From IMG/VR virus record IMGVR_UViG_2061766007_001503: a stretch of 64,000 bases of DNA; one strand, given 5' to 3'. This document shows, piece after piece, positions 49,718 to 60,887 of this stretch. This DNA comes from an uncultured virus (IMG/VR IMGVR_UViG_2061766007_001503) (Duplodnaviria > Heunggongvirae > Uroviricota > Caudoviricetes). The first letter of the stretch is position 1. Each line of letters opens with the position of its first letter. The notes under the pieces are model-generated. The model saw nothing but the letters and a program-made list of their open reading frames with translations, made no database searches and had not been told where the DNA came from. The translations under genes and the position numbers were made by a program.

Positions 49718-51318
49718 ATGAATGACAGAACTAAAGAAATAAAAGAAAAAGGTTTTGATATTGTTCATAGAGACGCAGACGCCAACCTTTCCGAGGGTTA
49801 TTCTGGTTATAGCCCGCAGACTTCTGTTCCTGTAAATTTTAATAAAATTAAAATTGGTTTAAAGACATTAGATGATGCAATTTTAGATTTAGGTACTTAT
49901 AAAAAAGTTAACTCTCGATTAGCGGATAAACAGACTGTTTTAAATGCAATAGATAAGTATGATTTAACTACTATGAGAGAGATATCTGATTTCTTCTATA
50001 AAACATCTGGTATTTATAGTCGTATATTAAGATACTTAGCTTTTATGTATAGATACGATTGGTATGTTACTCCTTATGTTAATGATAAGAAAATGAAACA
50101 AGATAAAATTCTTGAAGGCTTTTATGGTAGTTTAAGAATTTTAGATAACTTTCATATTAAAAAGATGCTTGGTGATATTGCTTTAAAAGTATTGCGGGAT
50201 GGCGCTTATTATGGATATAAGGTAGAGGTTACTGATACTTATACTTTACAAGAGTTGCCTATTAAGTATTGCAGAAGTCGTTTCTTTTGCGGAGACCAGC
50301 CTGCTGTAGAGTTTAATATGAAGTATTTTGACGATACTTTTAAAGATACTGAACAGCGTATGAGAATTATTAAGATGTTCCCAAAAGAATTCGCAAAGGG
50401 ATATGCTTTATACAAACAGGGAAAATTAGTTGGTGATTTTCCTGGTGATGAAAAAGGTTGGTATCTATTAGATCCAAAATTTACTGTTAAGTTTAATATT
50501 ATGGCAGAAGATTATCCAGCTTTTATTTCAGTAATTCCTCATATTATTGATTTAGATGAAGGACAAGATTTGGATCGTAAAAAAACTATGCAAAGATTAT
50601 TAAAAATTATCATTCAAAAGATGCCTTTAGATAAAAATGGTGATTTAATCTTTGATGTTGATGAAGCACAACAATTACATAATAATGCGGTTAGAATGCT
50701 TAGTAAAGCAATAGGTGTTGATGTATTAACTACATTTGCGGATGTCGAGGTTGCGGATCTCGCAGATTCGTCAGTAGCTTCCGCACAGACGGATGACCTT
50801 GAAAGATTAGAAAGACAGGTTTATAATGAAGCCGGTGTTTCTCAAATGCAATTTAATACAGATGGAAATATTGCTTTAGAGAAATCAATTTTAAATGATG
50901 AGGCAACAATTTATACTTTAATCTTGCAATTTGAAGCGTTTTTAAATACTTTAATTAAGAATTTTAATAAGCAGCCTAAGAAGATTGAATATAAAGCACA
51001 AATTTTAAGTACAACTATTTATAATTATAAAGAGTTAGCTAANNNNNNNNNNNNNNNNNNNNAGGTTATTCAAAGATGTTACCGCAGATTGCCTTAGGAC
51101 AGTCACAGAGTAGTATCTTAGCAAATGCTTATTTTGAGAATGATGTTCTTGATTTGGTTAACGTATTTATACCTCCTCTTATGAGTTCTACAATGAACGC
51201 AGATGTTTTGAATAGGAAACAAAATGGAAGCGGCGATGGTGAAGGCGCCGGCCGCAAGGAGTTACCTAATGATCAGAAGACAGAGAAAACTATTCAAAAT
51301 GAAGAGAGTAAAGGGTAA
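49718..51318 (+). CDS. Portal protein (joined across N-gap at about 51043-51062)
   Basis: Position after TerL; about 530 aa; ORFs 49718..51097 and 51076..51318. Confidence 0.7.
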
Positions 51319-51329
51319 GGAGATAAATT

Positions 51330-52688
51330 ATGAATAATAGACAAAGTGTTGCTACTATTGATAATGTTCAATTTATAGACTTACAGCAATCAGATGTGAA
51401 TCCTTTAATGAGCAAATGTATTGTTAAGGTATTTTACATTGGGCAGAATAGAAATGGTAGTTTTATCAACAAAGAGACTGCAACTAGAATGGCGGCAACC
51501 CTTCGTGGTTGCCCTATTGTAGGGCAATATATTAAGGAAAAACAAGACTTTGGTGATCATGGCGATCAGTTAGTTATTAATGGCCAAGGGGTAACTTGGG
51601 AATGCTTAACTAAGCCTTATGGATTTGTAGCTCCTGATGCTAAAGTCTGGTTCCAGAATTTTGAAGATACAGATGAATTTGGAAATACTGTAATAAGAGA
51701 GTATCTCTGTGCGGAGGGTTATATCTGGACTGGTCAGTTTGAGGAAGCCAAGAGGGTTTTAGATAACCACAATCCGCAATCTATGGAATTAGATAATGAA
51801 AGTGTACAAGGACATTGGGCAACAGATAATAATTCTGGTCTTGAATTTTTCATTATTAATGACGCAGTAATTTCTAAGTTATGTATTTTAGGAGAAGATG
51901 TAGAACCTTGTTTTGAGGGCGCTAGTTTTCTTCCATCAGAGTTTGCAAAGAACACTTTTATGAAAGATTTGCTTACTATGGTAGAACAATTAAAATTCGC
52001 TTTAGAAAATGCAAATAATGAAGGAGGAATTTCAATGGAAGACCAAGCAATTATCCAAACGGTCGAGGAAGAGCAGGCACCTGCAGTTGAAGAAACAGTT
52101 GTAGAAACTCCTGAGATTCCTGTTGAAAATTCTTTATCTGAAGAGGACAAAACTAATGAAACTGAATCTTTAGAAAATCAAAATACTGTAGAAGATAATT
52201 TTGAGAAGAAAGAAGAGGAAGAGAAGAAAGAAGAAGCTCCTCAAGAAGAAAAGAAAGAGGAAGAGAAGGAAGAAGATGCTGAAAAGGAAGAGGAAAAGCC
52301 TAAGGCTAAGCACTCTGTTGAAGAACTTGAGCAAACTCTTGCTGATCTTCAAGTTGCTTATTCTTTATTAGAGAAAGAGAATGCAGAATTAGTTGCATTT
52401 AAGAATCAGATTGAAAATAAGCAGAAAGATGATTTAATTGCTTCTTTCTATATGCTTTCTGATGAAGATAAGCAAGAAGTTGTAGCAAATAAAGAGAAAT
52501 TCTCTTTAGAGCAAATTGAAGAAAAATTATCTGTTATTTGTGTTAGAAAGAAAGTAAACTTTACAGAGCATGAATCAGAAGATGAAAAGCCTGTTGTAAC
52601 TACTTTTAATTTAAACACAACAGAAGCAGACGCTTTACCTGCTTGGCTTAGAGCAGTTGAAGATGTTAGAAAAAATCGTAACAATTAA
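51330..52688 (+). CDS. Prohead protease/scaffold fusion
   Basis: N-terminal NRNGS...PIVG...H...QSMEL...LCILG..VEPCF domain; acidic coiled-coil C-terminus; between portal and capsid. Confidence 0.7.
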   Translation: MNNRQSVATIDNVQFIDLQQSDVNPLMSKCIVKVFYIGQNRNGSFINKETATRMAATLRGCPIVGQYIKEKQDFGDHGDQLVINGQGVTWECLTKPYGFVAPDAKVWFQNFEDTDEFGNTVIREYLCAEGYIWTGQFEEAKRVLDNHNPQSMELDNESVQGHWATDNNSGLEFFIINDAVISKLCILGEDVEPCFEGASFLPSEFAKNTFMKDLLTMVEQLKFALENANNEGGISMEDQAIIQTVEEEQAPAVEETVVETPEIPVENSLSEEDKTNETESLENQNTVEDNFEKKEEEEKKEEAPQEEKKEEEKEEDAEKEEEKPKAKHSVEELEQTLADLQVAYSLLEKENAELVAFKNQIENKQKDDLIASFYMLSDEDKQEVVANKEKFSLEQIEEKLSVICVRKKVNFTEHESEDEKPVVTTFNLNTTEADALPAWLRAVEDVRKNRNN

Positions 52689-52706
52689 TTTAGGAGGAAT
52701 TTTAGA

Positions 52707-53378
52707 ATGGCAGCATTTACAAGAAATGGCTTCGGTCAGGTAGAGCCTAATCAGCTTTCTGCTCAAAAGACCGGACAGATTTATGCTAGTCTTCCTCTTG
52801 ATAGCACTGTCGAGATTCTCCAGAATGGTGAATTTATGTATTATGACTATGCTAACAAGAAAGTAGACGCTGGTGTTTCTACACCGATTGCTACTCAGGG
52901 CGAGCCAATGCTCGTTTTTAATGAAATTAAATTATATGAAGAGTTCTGGAGAACAAGTTATAAAGATTTTGCTATGATCAAGGTCGGCGATAACTATGTT
53001 ACTTCTAGATTAGCAACTGAAAAGTATGGCGAGAACACTGATATTCAGCAGGCTTCTTATCAGGCTCATGGTACAGAGTATCAGTATCGTATGACTGGTT
53101 ATGCTCCTCGTCTCTTCAAGACAAATGTTGGTGATATTTATACCACAAATATGGTTGCATTAGTTGATAGCAACGATGATCCTATTACTTATGCACAGGG
53201 CAATATCCTTGCTCCCGAGAAGGTTGAGCACACTGGGGCTGATGGAACAAGTAAGTATTATACTTTAGTTCTTACTCCTCAGAATTCTATGCCAGCTTCT
53301 GGAATGGCTTGGATGGTTGTTGATGTTTACACTATGCCAGACGGACAGCCTGGACTTAAGATTCAGAGAGTACAGTAA
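52707..53378 (+). CDS. Putative head decoration/structural protein
   Basis: Immediately upstream of MCP; strong codon bias. Confidence 0.55.
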   Translation: MAAFTRNGFGQVEPNQLSAQKTGQIYASLPLDSTVEILQNGEFMYYDYANKKVDAGVSTPIATQGEPMLVFNEIKLYEEFWRTSYKDFAMIKVGDNYVTSRLATEKYGENTDIQQASYQAHGTEYQYRMTGYAPRLFKTNVGDIYTTNMVALVDSNDDPITYAQGNILAPEKVEHTGADGTSKYYTLVLTPQNSMPASGMAWMVVDVYTMPDGQPGLKIQRVQ

Positions 53379-53392
53379 AGGAGGAAAAAACA

Positions 53393-54415
53393 ATGGCATT
53401 AGAATTTGATCAACTTTTAAAATTAGCTAAGACTGTTGCTAAGGCAAATCCTTCTTCTACTTATTCTTTTGAAGATAAGAAGTATAACTATGACGAGATG
53501 AATGAAGCTCTTCGTCTTGAGTTTAAGGCTTTAGCTCCGGATTTTAGAACTTATAAGATTAATCAGAATACAATTTTCAGCTTAATTGAGCAGACTATTG
53601 ATGATGTCCTTCCTGCAAAGGTTATGGAACAGTATTCTGCATTTGCTGATATTAAGACTTTTGGACAGGGCGATAAGCCTATCTTTACTCAGAAGATTAC
53701 CACTGCTTCTCGTAGACGTGCTCAGAGATTCATCGGTAAGGTCGGCCTTGCTGGCTTATACGAGGTCTTCAAGCTTGATGGAAAGAGTTATGAAGTAACA
53801 ACCAACGCAATCGGTGGCGCTGCTCAGATCGGATTTGAGGAGTTCCTTGATGGCCGCGTTGATTTTGCGGATGTTCTTGACATCGTTATGGAAGGTCTTG
53901 ATCGTTGCATTTACAAGGAGATTGAGGCTCAGTTAATTGGTGCTATCTCTCATATGCAGGGTTCTAACTTTGTTACTCATAATGACTTCCAAGAGAAGGA
54001 TATGGATAAATTACTTTCCATCGCTGATTCTTATGGAACAGCAGTTATCTACTGCACATTTGAGTTCGCTGCTACTATGTGGCCTAGCGATGCTCGTATG
54101 TCTGATGCCATGAAGGATACGAGATGGACTGGAAATGGTTATGTTGCAACTTATAAGGGTCACAGAGTTGTTGTATTACCTCAGAGCTATGATGATGAGA
54201 ATAACTCAATCAAGACTATTGATCCTTCATTTGCATACATTATGCCTATTGGTGCTGAGAAGCCTGTTAAGATCGCTTTCGAGGGCGGCACAATTGTTGA
54301 CGAGTATACCAATTATGATCGTTCTAGAGAGGTTCAGGTTTACAAGAAGGTTGGTGTTAGAGCTATCTTCTCTAATGCAATCTGTGTATATCAGCAAACT
54401 GATCTTCATAGATAA
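53393..54415 (+). CDS. Major capsid protein
   Basis: 340 aa; position; strong codon bias; GYVATYKGHRVV; followed by terminator. Confidence 0.8.
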   Translation: MALEFDQLLKLAKTVAKANPSSTYSFEDKKYNYDEMNEALRLEFKALAPDFRTYKINQNTIFSLIEQTIDDVLPAKVMEQYSAFADIKTFGQGDKPIFTQKITTASRRRAQRFIGKVGLAGLYEVFKLDGKSYEVTTNAIGGAAQIGFEEFLDGRVDFADVLDIVMEGLDRCIYKEIEAQLIGAISHMQGSNFVTHNDFQEKDMDKLLSIADSYGTAVIYCTFEFAATMWPSDARMSDAMKDTRWTGNGYVATYKGHRVVVLPQSYDDENNSIKTIDPSFAYIMPIGAEKPVKIAFEGGTIVDEYTNYDRSREVQVYKKVGVRAIFSNAICVYQQTDLHR

Positions 54416-54430
54416 GATTTTTTATAATGA

Positions 54431-54468
54431 AAAAGTGGGGAAGTGCAGTTTGCTTCCCCAGCTTTTTT
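54431..54468 (+). terminator. Intrinsic terminator after MCP
   Basis: GGGGAAG-tgcagtttg-CTTCCCC-agcTTTTTT. Confidence 0.7.
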
Positions 54469-54500
54469 GTATCATTTGAGATAAAAGGAGAAAATATAAT

Positions 54501-55109
54501 ATGGCAGAAGATAAAATGGTTTTAGTGAGAAATCGAAACGTTGGTGTTACAGGTTATACACTTGAAAATGGTTTTCAAAGACGTTTTGAAATTGGAGAGG
54601 AAAAAAGAGTTCCTCTCGAAGAATTAAGACAATTAAGTTTTAGTAGCGGCGGTGAATATATCTTAAAGCATTGCTTGGTTATCGAGGATCAGAGTGCATT
54701 AGATTATTTAAATATGGAAGTAGAGCCAGAATATTTTTATTCAGAAGATGATATTAAAAAAGTTCTTTTTGAAGGAACACTTGATCAGCTTGAAGATACT
54801 TTAAATTTTGCTCCTCAAGGCGCAATTGAAATTTTAAAGAAAATGGCTGTTGAATTAGAAGTTCCTGATACTAGAAAAAGAGATATGATCTCTGAGAAAA
54901 CTGGATTTGATGTTAATGGTGCAATTAATGTAAATCATATCCTCGCGGCAGGTGAAGAAGAAGAGGAAACTGCGGCGGCCCAGCCTAAGAGAAAGGCAGC
55001 TCCAATTACAGAGAGTAAAACAGCAGGAACAACTCAGCGTAAAGCAGCACCTGTAGAATCTAGCAAGCCAGCACCTCCGCCTAAGAACAAATATACAATC
55101 GTTGGGTAA
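54501..55109 (+). CDS. Hypothetical morphogenesis protein
   Basis: 202 aa; position after MCP. Confidence 0.6.
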   Translation: MAEDKMVLVRNRNVGVTGYTLENGFQRRFEIGEEKRVPLEELRQLSFSSGGEYILKHCLVIEDQSALDYLNMEVEPEYFYSEDDIKKVLFEGTLDQLEDTLNFAPQGAIEILKKMAVELEVPDTRKRDMISEKTGFDVNGAINVNHILAAGEEEEETAAAQPKRKAAPITESKTAGTTQRKAAPVESSKPAPPPKNKYTIVG

Positions 55110-55124
55110 AGAGAGGTTTGAAGA

Positions 55125-55694
55125 ATGATGGGGACTGTTACAACTACACCATTCTCAACCATTTATGACAGTTTTTTAACAAGAGTTACTTCGGATATGT
55201 ATATGGAATTAACTGAACTTGATACACTTGAATTGTTACAAGAATTACTTATTGATTCTGTTGCAAGATTTGAATTTCCTAGATTTGATCCATTCGATTA
55301 TGATGAAGGATTTTTAACAGGTTTAGGAACTTATTCAGGTGTTGAAAGTGATTATAAAGAAGTGCCGGCTACCGGTTGGGTAGGCGGCTCTTTTAATTCA
55401 GTATTAACAAAAGAAGAGATTAATATACTGTCATTATGTATGCTGATTGAATGGTTTTGGCAGCAATTAGCTGTTACTGAAAATACAAAAATGAAATATT
55501 CCGGTAGTGACTTTAAGTTCACTAGTCAAGCGAATCATATGGCGAAGTTAAAGACTCTTATTGATGCAGCCCATAAAGATTGTTTTCATTTACAAAGACT
55601 CTATAAGAGAAGAATCAATGTAAATGGTGAGATTCGCTCAACAGCGGGATTGATTATGACAACTCCTCATTATGGCTTAGGTATTAAAGACTAA
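55125..55694 (+). CDS. Putative head-tail adaptor
   Basis: TPFSTIYDSFL...SDFKFTSQANH; synteny. Confidence 0.5.
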   Translation: MMGTVTTTPFSTIYDSFLTRVTSDMYMELTELDTLELLQELLIDSVARFEFPRFDPFDYDEGFLTGLGTYSGVESDYKEVPATGWVGGSFNSVLTKEEINILSLCMLIEWFWQQLAVTENTKMKYSGSDFKFTSQANHMAKLKTLIDAAHKDCFHLQRLYKRRINVNGEIRSTAGLIMTTPHYGLGIKD

Positions 55695-55710
55695 AGAGGA
55701 GGAATAACAT

Positions 55711-56025
55711 ATGATAATAAAAACAAATGCTGATATTCAGAATGAGGCAATACTTAAAAATATTGATAGAATTACTAATCAAATTTTTAAGTTATTACCT
55801 AGCAGAGAAGAAAATTTAGATTGGCAAACTCCGCTTCAGAATTTAATTACTGAAATATCTGGAATGAGTATTTTGTTACAAGATCATACTGATTTATTTC
55901 CTTTATTATGCAAATTACAAGCATTGACTTTGCTAACAGGAGAAGATGACTTTGTTATATTTAGAAAAGTTATTTTTGAATGTTTAGGACTTTGCAATGA
56001 CTTGAAGAAAGTTGTGAGAATATGA
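55711..56025 (+). CDS. Hypothetical protein
   Basis: 104 aa helical ORF with RBS. Confidence 0.7.
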   Translation: MIIKTNADIQNEAILKNIDRITNQIFKLLPSREENLDWQTPLQNLITEISGMSILLQDHTDLFPLLCKLQALTLLTGEDDFVIFRKVIFECLGLCNDLKKVVRI

Positions 56026-56927
56026 ATGGCTTAGATAGAATGAAAAAGCGCATGGACTATTATGGCGGAGATACTTCGGATGGTAGGAATGTAAGAGGTA
56101 AGTGGTTATCTTTTAATAGTGCTTTAAATAATTCTTATCAAGCCGAAGATATAACTTTTAATGAGCAAAAATGTAGATGTTTAATTAATCCAGATAAGTT
56201 AAAAGCTGATTATGATCAAAAGGTAATTAGTATTGATTTCAAATATGGAATGAAAAATGGTGATGTTTTTTATTGGGATAGAACTGGTTATTATTGGCTA
56301 GTCTATTTACAAGACCATTGTGAAGAAGCCTATTTTAGGGCGGAAATCAGAAGATGTGATTATGAAATTGAAATTAATAAACACAGATATTGGGTTTATT
56401 TGCGGGGACCGGTGGAAACCGCGATTGTCTGGCGTCAAAAGCACCAGATTGAAATGAATGATTTAAATTATTCAATTCTTTTATATATCACAAAAAATAA
56501 AGAAACATTACAGTTCTTTAGTAGATTTCAAATAGTTAAATTTGATGGTCATAATTGGCGGGTTGCCGCAACAGATAAGTATTCACAAAATGGTATTATT
56601 GAAGTATACTTAGAAGAGTATTATGATAATACTATGGAAGACAATATGGTTATTCCTGAGATAGTAGAACCAGATAAGATGCATCCATACATTGATGGTC
56701 CGCAAGTCGTAAGGCCATATGATGCGGAAGTCGCTTATTCTATTGTTGGATATACTTCTGGAAAGTTTGTAGTTAATTCTAGTAAAGTTGAAATTATTAA
56801 AACGGACGAGAAATCGTGCAAGTTAAATATTTTAACAGGAAGAGCTGGAGAGTTTATTTTGACCTTCACTTCAAGTGATGATCCAGAAAAGAAAGTAGAA
56901 TTACCTATAAAGATTAAAAGTCTTTAA
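56022..56927 (+). CDS. Putative head-closure/neck protein
   Basis: 301 aa; synteny in neck region. Confidence 0.45.
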   Translation: MNGLDRMKKRMDYYGGDTSDGRNVRGKWLSFNSALNNSYQAEDITFNEQKCRCLINPDKLKADYDQKVISIDFKYGMKNGDVFYWDRTGYYWLVYLQDHCEEAYFRAEIRRCDYEIEINKHRYWVYLRGPVETAIVWRQKHQIEMNDLNYSILLYITKNKETLQFFSRFQIVKFDGHNWRVAATDKYSQNGIIEVYLEEYYDNTMEDNMVIPEIVEPDKMHPYIDGPQVVRPYDAEVAYSIVGYTSGKFVVNSSKVEIIKTDEKSCKLNILTGRAGEFILTFTSSDDPEKKVELPIKIKSL

Positions 56928-56950
56928 AAAAATAAAGGAGATAAAAGGAT

Positions 56951-57532
56951 ATGAGAGTTCTAAAGAATTTTGTTGGAGATTTTGATTCATCATTTCTCTC
57001 TTGTGAGAAGGATGCTGAATTAATTATAAAAAAATTATTTGCTGAAAGTAGACCTTATAGTGATGAACTTAAAAGGTTATTATTAATTAATACAAAAGAT
57101 TGCCTTGATGATAGAACTAATCCTGTTTATAAGAAAATGATTGAAGAAACTTCAGTTGCAGATCTTGTAGACCAAGGTTATATTAGATTACAGCCAAGAT
57201 TAAAGTTTGGTGAAAATCAAGAAGTTATGTCCTATATTCTACTTTCTTTTGATAATTTTACTCAAACAAGTAATTTACAATTTAGAGATTGTATTATTGA
57301 AATAGATATTTTATGTCATATAAGCGCTTGGGATTTAGGTAATTTTAGACAAAGACCTTTAAAAATTGCAGGTTATATTGATGGCATTTTAGCAGGAAAT
57401 AGACTTACGGGTATTGGTACTCTTGAGTTTCTCGGATGTAATGAAATTGTTTTGAGTGAAGAATTAGCTGGATATTGTTTGATGTATAGAGCGGTTCATG
57501 GTGATGATGATACTATTCCTCCTGAGGAATAA
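56951..57532 (+). CDS. Putative tail terminator/neck protein
   Basis: IEIDILCH...RPLKIAGYIDGIL; synteny. Confidence 0.45.
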   Translation: MRVLKNFVGDFDSSFLSCEKDAELIIKKLFAESRPYSDELKRLLLINTKDCLDDRTNPVYKKMIEETSVADLVDQGYIRLQPRLKFGENQEVMSYILLSFDNFTQTSNLQFRDCIIEIDILCHISAWDLGNFRQRPLKIAGYIDGILAGNRLTGIGTLEFLGCNEIVLSEELAGYCLMYRAVHGDDDTIPPEE

Positions 57533-57535
57533 TAT

Positions 57536-58261
57536 ATGAATAATGAACTCGCTTTAATTACTGGTGTTGATATTCCATTCCCAGAAGCGCGTGTTACTAT
57601 ACATCAACCTACAATGGCTGAGATTTCTTTAATCGGAGAAGAAAATTTTTTTGCAGGCTGTCAGTTTTTAAATTTTTCTAAATCAAAATTATCTGACGAG
57701 GACAAAATAGGTTTAGAAGATAAGTCAGATTTTGAAATATTTATGTCAATGATAAGTAATCAAAAAAGAGTACAATATCAGAATTGTTTTGAAATGATTT
57801 TGGCTTTGATTTTTCCAGAGTATCAAATTAAGTTTACAAAAACAGATATTGTATTAGTCAATGACAATTCTTCAGCAAGCATAAACTATCAGAATTTTGA
57901 TATTTTTAAAGATATTATAAATTCTATGTTTGTGACTGATGATATAGAATCAAGTGAATACAATCCTGTAGATGCAAAGGCAAAGAAAATTGCTGAAAAG
58001 TTAAAAAAGGGAAAACAACGAGTAGAACATCAGCATGAGGGAACTCATAAAATTGCAATTTTTAGTCGTTACATTTCTATTTTGGCGGTTGGTGAACATA
58101 GGGATATGAAAAGTTTTTCAAATTATACTGTTTATCAATTAAAAGAAGAATTTGCAAGATGGCAAAAGAAAATGGCATTTGATATATATCTTCAAGCTAA
58201 AATGGCGGGCGCTGAAGGGTTAGAAGAAGCAGAAGATTGGATGCAAGATCTTCATTCTTAA
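57536..58261 (+). CDS. Hypothetical tail-assembly protein
   Basis: 241 aa; YTVYQL...QAKMAGA. Confidence 0.5.
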   Translation: MNNELALITGVDIPFPEARVTIHQPTMAEISLIGEENFFAGCQFLNFSKSKLSDEDKIGLEDKSDFEIFMSMISNQKRVQYQNCFEMILALIFPEYQIKFTKTDIVLVNDNSSASINYQNFDIFKDIINSMFVTDDIESSEYNPVDAKAKKIAEKLKKGKQRVEHQHEGTHKIAIFSRYISILAVGEHRDMKSFSNYTVYQLKEEFARWQKKMAFDIYLQAKMAGAEGLEEAEDWMQDLHS

Positions 58262-58301
58262 AAATTTAAAANNNNNNNNNNNNNNNNNNGGAGGAAACAA
58301 A

Positions 58302-59297
58302 ATGGTAACAAGATTCGGTTCAAGGGAAATTTGTGATGTTACCTTTAAAGCTCTTACAAATGATTTTGTTGTTGGTACAAAGACTTTCGCAGCTGGTCAG
58401 CCGGTTTTCGTTATTGATACAGCAACAGCTTCTAGTATGGAGCAAGCTACCACAACTGTTTATGCACAAGGTGGTAGAGGTTATAACCGTTTAATTGCTT
58501 GGGAAGGTGAGAAGACGATGACCTTTAACGTTACTGATGCGTTAATGAGCCCTCTTGGTCTTAAGATCCTTACTGGTGCAGGTCTTTCTGATGCTGCTGT
58601 TAGCGATGTTAAGCATATTCATACGACTTACGATGTTGCTTTAACAAGCGGTGCTGCAGATATTACATTTGCAGAATTAAAGAATGAACTTGGTTTACCT
58701 GCAAAAACTGATCACATCAGAGTTTGTAATGATACTGCATTAAAGCCTTATGCAACAGTACTTGATAATAATGGCGCTATTATTGATTGGGTTAGCGCAA
58801 TTACTCTTAGCGGAGATTCTGATAAAGTAGTTTCTACTGGTGATGATGCAGATCCTGCAGGATATGCCGCAAAAAGCAATATTGTTTTTGTTGATGCAAC
58901 TCATCCTTTACATGTTGTAGCTACAGATTTAACAAGTGAAACTATTAAGTTAGATTTCTATGTTTATATGATTGCTGGTGCAACTGAAATTACGATTGCT
59001 CCTGATGACTTCGGTGGATACTTCTATGTTGAAGCTGATACTCTTTACAGAAATCAAGATGGTAAAGATATGGCTGCTACTCTTACCTTCCCTAAGGTTA
59101 AGATTCAGTCTGGATTTACTCTTTCTATGGCTCCTACTGGAGATCCTAGTACCTTTGATTTCGTAATGGATGCATTCCCTGGATATACCTTCTTTGATAA
59201 GGCTCACAAGGTTGTTTGTGACATTACAGTTGTTGGTGGAGCTCAGGGCGAGAGCAGCGTATTCCATAGTGATCCGGTGTCACACCCAAACGCGTAA
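58302..59297 (+). CDS. Major tail (tube) protein
   Basis: 331 aa; AQGGRG..RLIAW, FPKVKIQSGFTLSMAPTGDPSTFDF; strong codon bias; position before TMP. Confidence 0.7.
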   Translation: MVTRFGSREICDVTFKALTNDFVVGTKTFAAGQPVFVIDTATASSMEQATTTVYAQGGRGYNRLIAWEGEKTMTFNVTDALMSPLGLKILTGAGLSDAAVSDVKHIHTTYDVALTSGAADITFAELKNELGLPAKTDHIRVCNDTALKPYATVLDNNGAIIDWVSAITLSGDSDKVVSTGDDADPAGYAAKSNIVFVDATHPLHVVATDLTSETIKLDFYVYMIAGATEITIAPDDFGGYFYVEADTLYRNQDGKDMAATLTFPKVKIQSGFTLSMAPTGDPSTFDFVMDAFPGYTFFDKAHKVVCDITVVGGAQGESSVFHSDPVSHPNA

Positions 59298-59764
59298 CGC
59301 CTGAACCAATTGATATTGATACAGTAGTTCCTGCAGTGATTAACGTTCCTGCGGGAACTACTGATACTGATAAATTAATGGCTCAGGCTAACCAGAGCGT
59401 ACTTCAAGTAGTTAAGTCTGGTAATGATTATACTCTTTCTGTAACTGGCACTGCTACATACACCGATCCGACCACATCAGATCCTGTTGCAGCAGCTACT
59501 GATGAAGGATTATTTAAGTTTACTTCTGCTGATCAGGCAGCTAGAGGAGATCAAGAATGGGTTGCAATATTAATTCCAACTGATGAAGTTTTAACTAATG
59601 TTACTTTAGATGGAAATGCTTTAACACAGAGTGATATTGATGCAGCTCAAAGCGTTGGTGCAACAGATAATAAGACAATGGTACTTTGGTCAGTATTTAC
59701 AGATATTGCAACTACTACCAGAAATGTTGTTATTGGAACTGTTGATGGTAGTAAGGGAAGTGTT
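59285..59764 (+). CDS. -1 frameshift C-terminal extension of the major tail protein (end in N-gap)
   Basis: Slippery C-CCA-AAC at 59285-59291 leads into open frame PKRVTPEPIDIDTVVPAVINVPAG... Confidence 0.65.
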
Positions 59765-60294
59765 NNNNNNNNNNNNNNNNNNNNNNNNNNNNNNNNNNNN
59801 NNNNNNNNNNNNNNNNNNNNNNNNNNNNNNNNNNNNNNNNNNNNNNNNNNNNNNNNNNNNNNNNNNNNNNNNNNNNNNNNNNNNNNNNNNNNNNNNNNNN
59901 NNNNNNNNNNNNNNNNNNNNNNNNNNNNNNNNNNNNNNNNNNNNNNNNNNNNNNNNNNNNNNNNNNNNNNNNNNNNNNNNNNNNNNNNNNNNNNNNNNNN
60001 NNNNNNNNNNNNNNNNNNNNNNNNNNNNNNNNNNNNNNNNNNNNNNNNNNNNNNNNNNNNNNNNNNNNNNNNNNNNNNNNNNNNNNNNNNNNNNNNNNNN
60101 NNNNNNNNNNNNNNNNNNNNNNNNNNNNNNNNNNNNNNNNNNNNNNNNNNNNNNNNNNNNNNNNNNNNNNNNNNNNNNNNNNNNNNNNNNNNNNNNNNNN
60201 NNNNNNNNNNNNNNNNNNNNNNNNNNNNNNNNNNNNNNNNNNNNNNNNNNNNNNNNNNNNNNNNNNNNNNNNNNNNNNNNNNNNNNNNNNNNGA

Positions 60295-60832
60295 ATGAGT
60301 GCTTTTAAATTAAGAGCAAGCGCAAATAAATCTGATTTTATTCAAGAGTATAATAGGCAAAAAGATTTAATAGAGCAACAAATATATGGTTTGCAATCTT
60401 TATATCCTAAAGTTAGAGAAGTTATTTTAGGGAGTTCTAAAAATCACAAAGCTAATGAAGGAAATATGTATGAAGTTTATATGAATTTAAAACATGCTGG
60501 ATATGCAGATCATCCTCCAGATAGAATAAATCCTGATGAATTATCTGCTGATGATATTATTGAAAAATATATAAGTGTAAAAAGTGGAATTCAAAGCTTC
60601 GTTTCTGGAGGCGATTTAGGTTTNNNNNNNNNNNNNNNTCATTAGCTACTTTAAATACAATCGGAAGAGCATTAAAATTAATTTTATCATATATTTACGA
60701 GGGTGAATCCGCAGATATTACTATTGAGCATATTAAACAAAATGTATTCTCTGATCAATTTGATAAATTATCAAGAGAAGGTTTAGAAGATTTATTAAAA
60801 GATGTAAATGAACAGCTTCAATTAGAAACTTG
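60295..60832 (+). CDS. Hypothetical protein (partial; N-gaps)
   Basis: Coding-like sequence; boundaries uncertain. Confidence 0.4.
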
Positions 60833-60887
60833 ACAAAATTAAAAAATTTTGTTATAATATAAAAAAGGATATTAAAGGAGGCTAATT

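Noticed and set aside
45168..51318. Pseudogene calls for split genes (45168/45857, portal 49718/51076, 18.2-19.1 kb nuclease, 2856/3482)
   Set aside because: Frame changes fall at N-gaps of uncertain length, so they are most likely assembly artefacts.
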